DNA of 64,000 nucleotides from Myxococcota bacterium (GTDB lineage Bacteria; Myxococcota_A; Polyangia; Polyangiales; Houyiibacteriaceae): NCBI GenBank assembly GCA_039030515.1, contig JBCCEA010000002.1, positions 163,036 to 227,035 of the forward strand, read 5' to 3'. Shown piece by piece: positions 60,910 to 64,000 of this stretch (position 1 is its first letter; each line of letters starts with the position of its first letter). The notes under the pieces were generated by a model. It saw only the letters and a program-made list of their open reading frames with translations, ran no database searches and was not told where the DNA came from. The position numbers and the translations under genes were made by a program.

Positions 60910-61728
60910 TCAAGAATCGTCTGCGATTGCCGCAACGAGTTCGTCTAAAAACCCGTCAGAACTTGCGCTTGATGAGCGAGATGCGGAAGGCCCGGGTGAT
61001 AGAGGGGACATGGGTGATAGAGGAGGCATGGGCGGAGGTACTCGTCTCGGGCTTGGCACAGGGGGGCGGCACCCAGCTGCAGGACGCCCCGGAGCTCTTA
61101 CGGGCGTTTGCCGTCCGGCTTGGGGGTGATGAGGGCCCCGGCCAGGCGGTGAGGGCTCAGTCCAGCACGGTGGTTTTTGAAGTTTGGGACCGTTGAGTTG
61201 TCTGCGGCACCAGTCAGCAACGCTCGGTGCGTTCGGTTCTCCAGGATAAATGTTGGAGAAAAATACTTTGGGAAAGGGTCGCTGACCACTCTTATGTTGG
61301 TCATGCCAATTTCGCAGATCATTTGCGTTGAGCCTACTGAATCCGTCAAGGGCAAGTTTATTCTTAAGATTAGTGAAATAACGTGAGATGGAGAGGCTTT
61401 TCGAAACCTCCTCCGGTTCAACTAGTTCCGCCAAACGCAACCAGGCCGTTAGACGTTCGTCCGCAGACATTTTGGGATAATTTCTAAGCAAATCCGAATA
61501 CCAACAAGCTGTCAAGAGGCCGACCTGGAGCAAGATATCAGTCTGTTCAAGGGTGCAATCACAGTGGTTCTCTTGAAGACTAGATTGAATTGATATTACA
61601 AATTGCCGGTCGAGCCTTGTCGTTGGGTTCCCTTGATAAAGACATTTTCCGAAAGCCAGTACTGATTTTACCGCTACTACTGTGTATCCCTGATTCACTG
61701 GGGCGGAAAGCATACCAAACACTGACAC
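60910..61728 (-). CDS. Orphan hypothetical protein with a Pro/Ser-rich tail
   Basis: 272 aa ORF; the Ser-rich frame stays open past the TGA to about 60740. Confidence 0.5.
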   Translation of the reverse strand: MSVFGMLSAPVNQGYTVVAVKSVLAFGKCLYQGNPTTRLDRQFVISIQSSLQENHCDCTLEQTDILLQVGLLTACWYSDLLRNYPKMSADERLTAWLRLAELVEPEEVSKSLSISRYFTNLKNKLALDGFSRLNANDLRNWHDQHKSGQRPFPKVFFSNIYPGEPNAPSVADWCRRQLNGPKLQKPPCWTEPSPPGRGPHHPQAGRQTPVRAPGRPAAGCRPPVPSPRRVPPPMPPLSPMSPLSPGPSASRSSSASSDGFLDELVAAIADDS

Positions 61729-61746
61729 GGTCGACGCGACTGTCGA

Positions 61747-62160
61747 TTACATCGCATTAAGGATCGAGTGCAGCTGACGGACCAGCTGTGCTGGGGACTG
61801 GCCTTTTTCTATGTAGCCATCGGCCCCCACCGCCCGTGCATGAGCGCGCAACGCTTCTGACGGTTCATTGGAGTACAAAACGAGACGCGCCTTGGTTTTT
61901 AGGTCGCGGAGCAAAGGCAGAAGCTCGGTTCCGGGCACATCGGGCATGTGCACATCGATTAATACGACATCGGGTTTGACGCGCTGCATGAGCTCTAGGG
62001 CTTCGTTTGGATGGTTCGCCACGAACACCAACAGCTGCTGCCCGCGAAGCGATCGCCTCATCAGCGCAAGGTGCGCATCATCGTCATCGATGATCAGCAC
62101 GCTGAGAAAACTGGATTCTGGCGTCGGTTCGGCAGAGCCGGATTCCGTTCGAGTCGTCAT
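61747..62160 (-). CDS. Single-domain response regulator
   Basis: IIDDD, IDVHMP and YIEK motifs. Confidence 0.88.
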   Translation of the reverse strand: MTTRTESGSAEPTPESSFLSVLIIDDDDAHLALMRRSLRGQQLLVFVANHPNEALELMQRVKPDVVLIDVHMPDVPGTELLPLLRDLKTKARLVLYSNEPSEALRAHARAVGADGYIEKGQSPAQLVRQLHSILNAM

Positions 62161-62299
62161 CTCCAACCATCCTTTGCAAAATCTAGCGTCAAAGGAGCCC
62201 CTTGCCGTACGTCGAATGCGCCTGGATGGAGCGTCATTTGATGCATCGACTCAGGTTCCCCCCTTGCCTATACGCCGGTCGGCCGGATACTTCTCCGTC

Positions 62300-63313
62300 A
62301 TGACCGACGTTGAAAACGCATTCATCAAAGATGTGGGGGTGGACGTCCCGCTGATCTGCGGCGCGATGTATCCCTGTAGCAATCCGGAACTGATCGCAGC
62401 GGTGTCCAAAGCTGGGGGCATCGGTGTGATTCAACCCATCTCGATGACGTACGTGCACGGGCAGGACCTTCGAAAAGGAATCCAAAAAATCCGGGACCAG
62501 ACCGAACGGCCCATCGGTTTCAATGCGATCGTAGAGCAGTCGTCCAAAACCTATTTGGAGCGGATGAAGCGATGGGTCGACATCGCACTGGAAGAAGGCA
62601 TCCGCTTCTTCGTGACCGCGCTGGGCAAGCCGGATTGGGTGGTTCAGAAGGTTCACGCGGTTGGGGGCATCGTGTATCACGATGTCACCGAGAGAAAATG
62701 GGCCAAGCGCGCGGTCGATGCCGGGGTAGACGGATTGATCTCCGTGAATTCACGAGCAGGGGGCCATGCGGGGCCCAAAACCCCCGAACAGCTCTTCGAG
62801 GAACTGCACGATTTGGGGGTTCCCCTCGTCTGCGCCGGGGGCATCGGCGACTGCGCGAGTTTTGTGCGCGCACTCGATATCGGCTATTCCGCCGTGCAGC
62901 TCGGCACACGCTTTATAGCCACCCCAGAATGCCTTGCCCATCAGGACTATAAGCAGGCGATCGTAAAGGCAGATGCAGAGGACATCGTTCTGACCAACCG
63001 GATCAGCGGCGTTCCCGTGGCCGTCATCCGCACCCCGTATATCGAGAAAATTGGAACCGACGCCGGATTCGTCGCCAAACGCATGCTGAGGCACCCCAAA
63101 TTCAAGCACTGGGTTCGCACCTACTACACGCTGCGCAGCATTTTACAGCTCAAGCAGGCGTCCCTCAAAGGCGGCAGCTACAAGGACTATTGGCAGGCGG
63201 GTAAGAGCGTCTCCGAGATCGACAAGGTGGAACCTGCGGCGGAGATCGTAGAGCGTTTCGACGTGGCCTACCGGGAATGGACCCAAACCGAGTCTGAGCA
63301 ACCTAGAGCCTAG
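62300..63313 (+). CDS. Nitronate monooxygenase/FabK-like flavoprotein
   Basis: PLICGAM, AGGHAG, AGGIGD and LGTRFIAT.E motifs. Confidence 0.9.
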   Translation: MTDVENAFIKDVGVDVPLICGAMYPCSNPELIAAVSKAGGIGVIQPISMTYVHGQDLRKGIQKIRDQTERPIGFNAIVEQSSKTYLERMKRWVDIALEEGIRFFVTALGKPDWVVQKVHAVGGIVYHDVTERKWAKRAVDAGVDGLISVNSRAGGHAGPKTPEQLFEELHDLGVPLVCAGGIGDCASFVRALDIGYSAVQLGTRFIATPECLAHQDYKQAIVKADAEDIVLTNRISGVPVAVIRTPYIEKIGTDAGFVAKRMLRHPKFKHWVRTYYTLRSILQLKQASLKGGSYKDYWQAGKSVSEIDKVEPAAEIVERFDVAYREWTQTESEQPRA

Positions 63314-63510
63314 CAGCACCTTAAGCGCGAGCTCACCTGTGGATCACTGTGGACCGCGAGGCATCACTGGGCGGTGGAGACCCCAGACAACGGTGCATCA
63401 TCCTCAGGTCCGACCGGACGCCTCGAACGGATGATGGAGTTGTTTTCGGGGTCTCGACCTCCAAAGCGGCTGTCACCACATTGGCCTACATCGTGCAGTA
63501 GACGTCGAAC

Positions 63511-64000
63511 ATGCGAATCAGCGGACACGCCTACAGCGATCAGGGGCCTCGATCCCAAAACGAGGATGCACACGTCCTCGCACCGGAGCTCGGCCTCTTC
63601 GCGGTGGCCGACGGGATGGGCGGCACGGTCGGCGGGGAAGTCGCTTCCCGACTCGCGATCGAGACTTTACTGCGCTACCACCAGGACATTGCGAGGCGAG
63701 AAGGCCTGGCCTGCGATGCGCAGGGCGCCACCGATCGCATGAAAGACTCGGTGGGTATGATCTGCCGGGAAGTAGGCAGGGCTTGCGTGGGCACACTGCA
63801 GGATATGGGCACCACCCTTGCCGCGATTCAGGTGATCGGTAGCACGGTCGTCGTCGCCCATGTCGGTGACAGTCGCGTCTATCGGTTTCGGGATGGCAGC
63901 CTGGCTCCGCTCACCCACGACCATTCGTTTGTCAACGAACTCGAAAGCGCAACCGGCTACATCAGTGCCGACACCCGAGCCGCTTACGGACATATCTTGA
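63511..64000 (+). CDS. PP2C-family Ser/Thr phosphatase (partial)
   Basis: Manual translation: SDQGPRSQNED, FAVADGMGG..GEVAS, MGTTL, AHVGDSRVY and LTHDHS. Confidence 0.92.
   Translation, partial: MRISGHAYSDQGPRSQNEDAHVLAPELGLFAVADGMGGTVGGEVASRLAIETLLRYHQDIARREGLACDAQGATDRMKDSVGMICREVGRACVGTLQDMGTTLAAIQVIGSTVVVAHVGDSRVYRFRDGSLAPLTHDHSFVNELESATGYISADTRAAYGHIL

Noticed and set aside
7917..60912. TGA recoding suggested by in-frame TGA codons at 7917, 10851, 43715 and 60910
   Set aside because: Housekeeping genes (mvk, fni, lipA, trkA, thiolase) end in TGA at their expected C-termini, and Trp is TGG; point mutations in decaying genes explain these.
61868..62299. Long N-terminal extension on the nitronate monooxygenase
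   Set aside because: Overlaps the opposite-strand response regulator; family similarity starts at ATG 62300.
63374..63742. 122 aa ORF
   Set aside because: Alternative frame; the real gene is the PP2C starting at 63511.

Overview
64 kb of a GC-rich bacterial chromosome. Gene content points to Myxococcota (inference from the mevalonate pathway with type 2 IPP isomerase, a TSP3-repeat outer-membrane protein, a MYXO-CTERM-like protein, Hanks kinases, an FHA-histidine kinase and an Mx8-style integrase). The backbone carries mvaD-mvk-polyprenyl synthase-fni, trkA/trkH, lipA with 2-oxoacid dehydrogenase E1a/E1b/E2, a MaoC hydratase, a thiolase, a LeuA-family synthase, pfkA, a second E2, two-component genes, LysM-MepA, a nitronate monooxygenase-family gene and a PP2C. 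Three kinds of accessory DNA sit in this backbone. (1) A decayed defence/mobile patchwork at about 6.0-11.2 kb: an AbiE pair, an orphan AbiEi, a HEPN-motif ORF, and IS1380 and RhuM fragments. (2) A 5.3 kb element integrated in tRNA-Leu(TAG) whose att site lies inside the integrase ORF. (3) Four small families of divergent, mostly AT-richer orphan paralogs with eukaryote-type motifs: three IQ-motif proteins with a RelE/ParE-like C-terminal domain, two kinases with WNK-like lysine placement, an active-looking/dead-looking pair of CE-clan-like cysteine proteases, and a pair of Pro/Ser-tailed orphans. Class 3 is the best candidate for an undescribed system, a possible eukaryote-directed effector repertoire. 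All calls come from visual motif recognition; no searches or computations were run.
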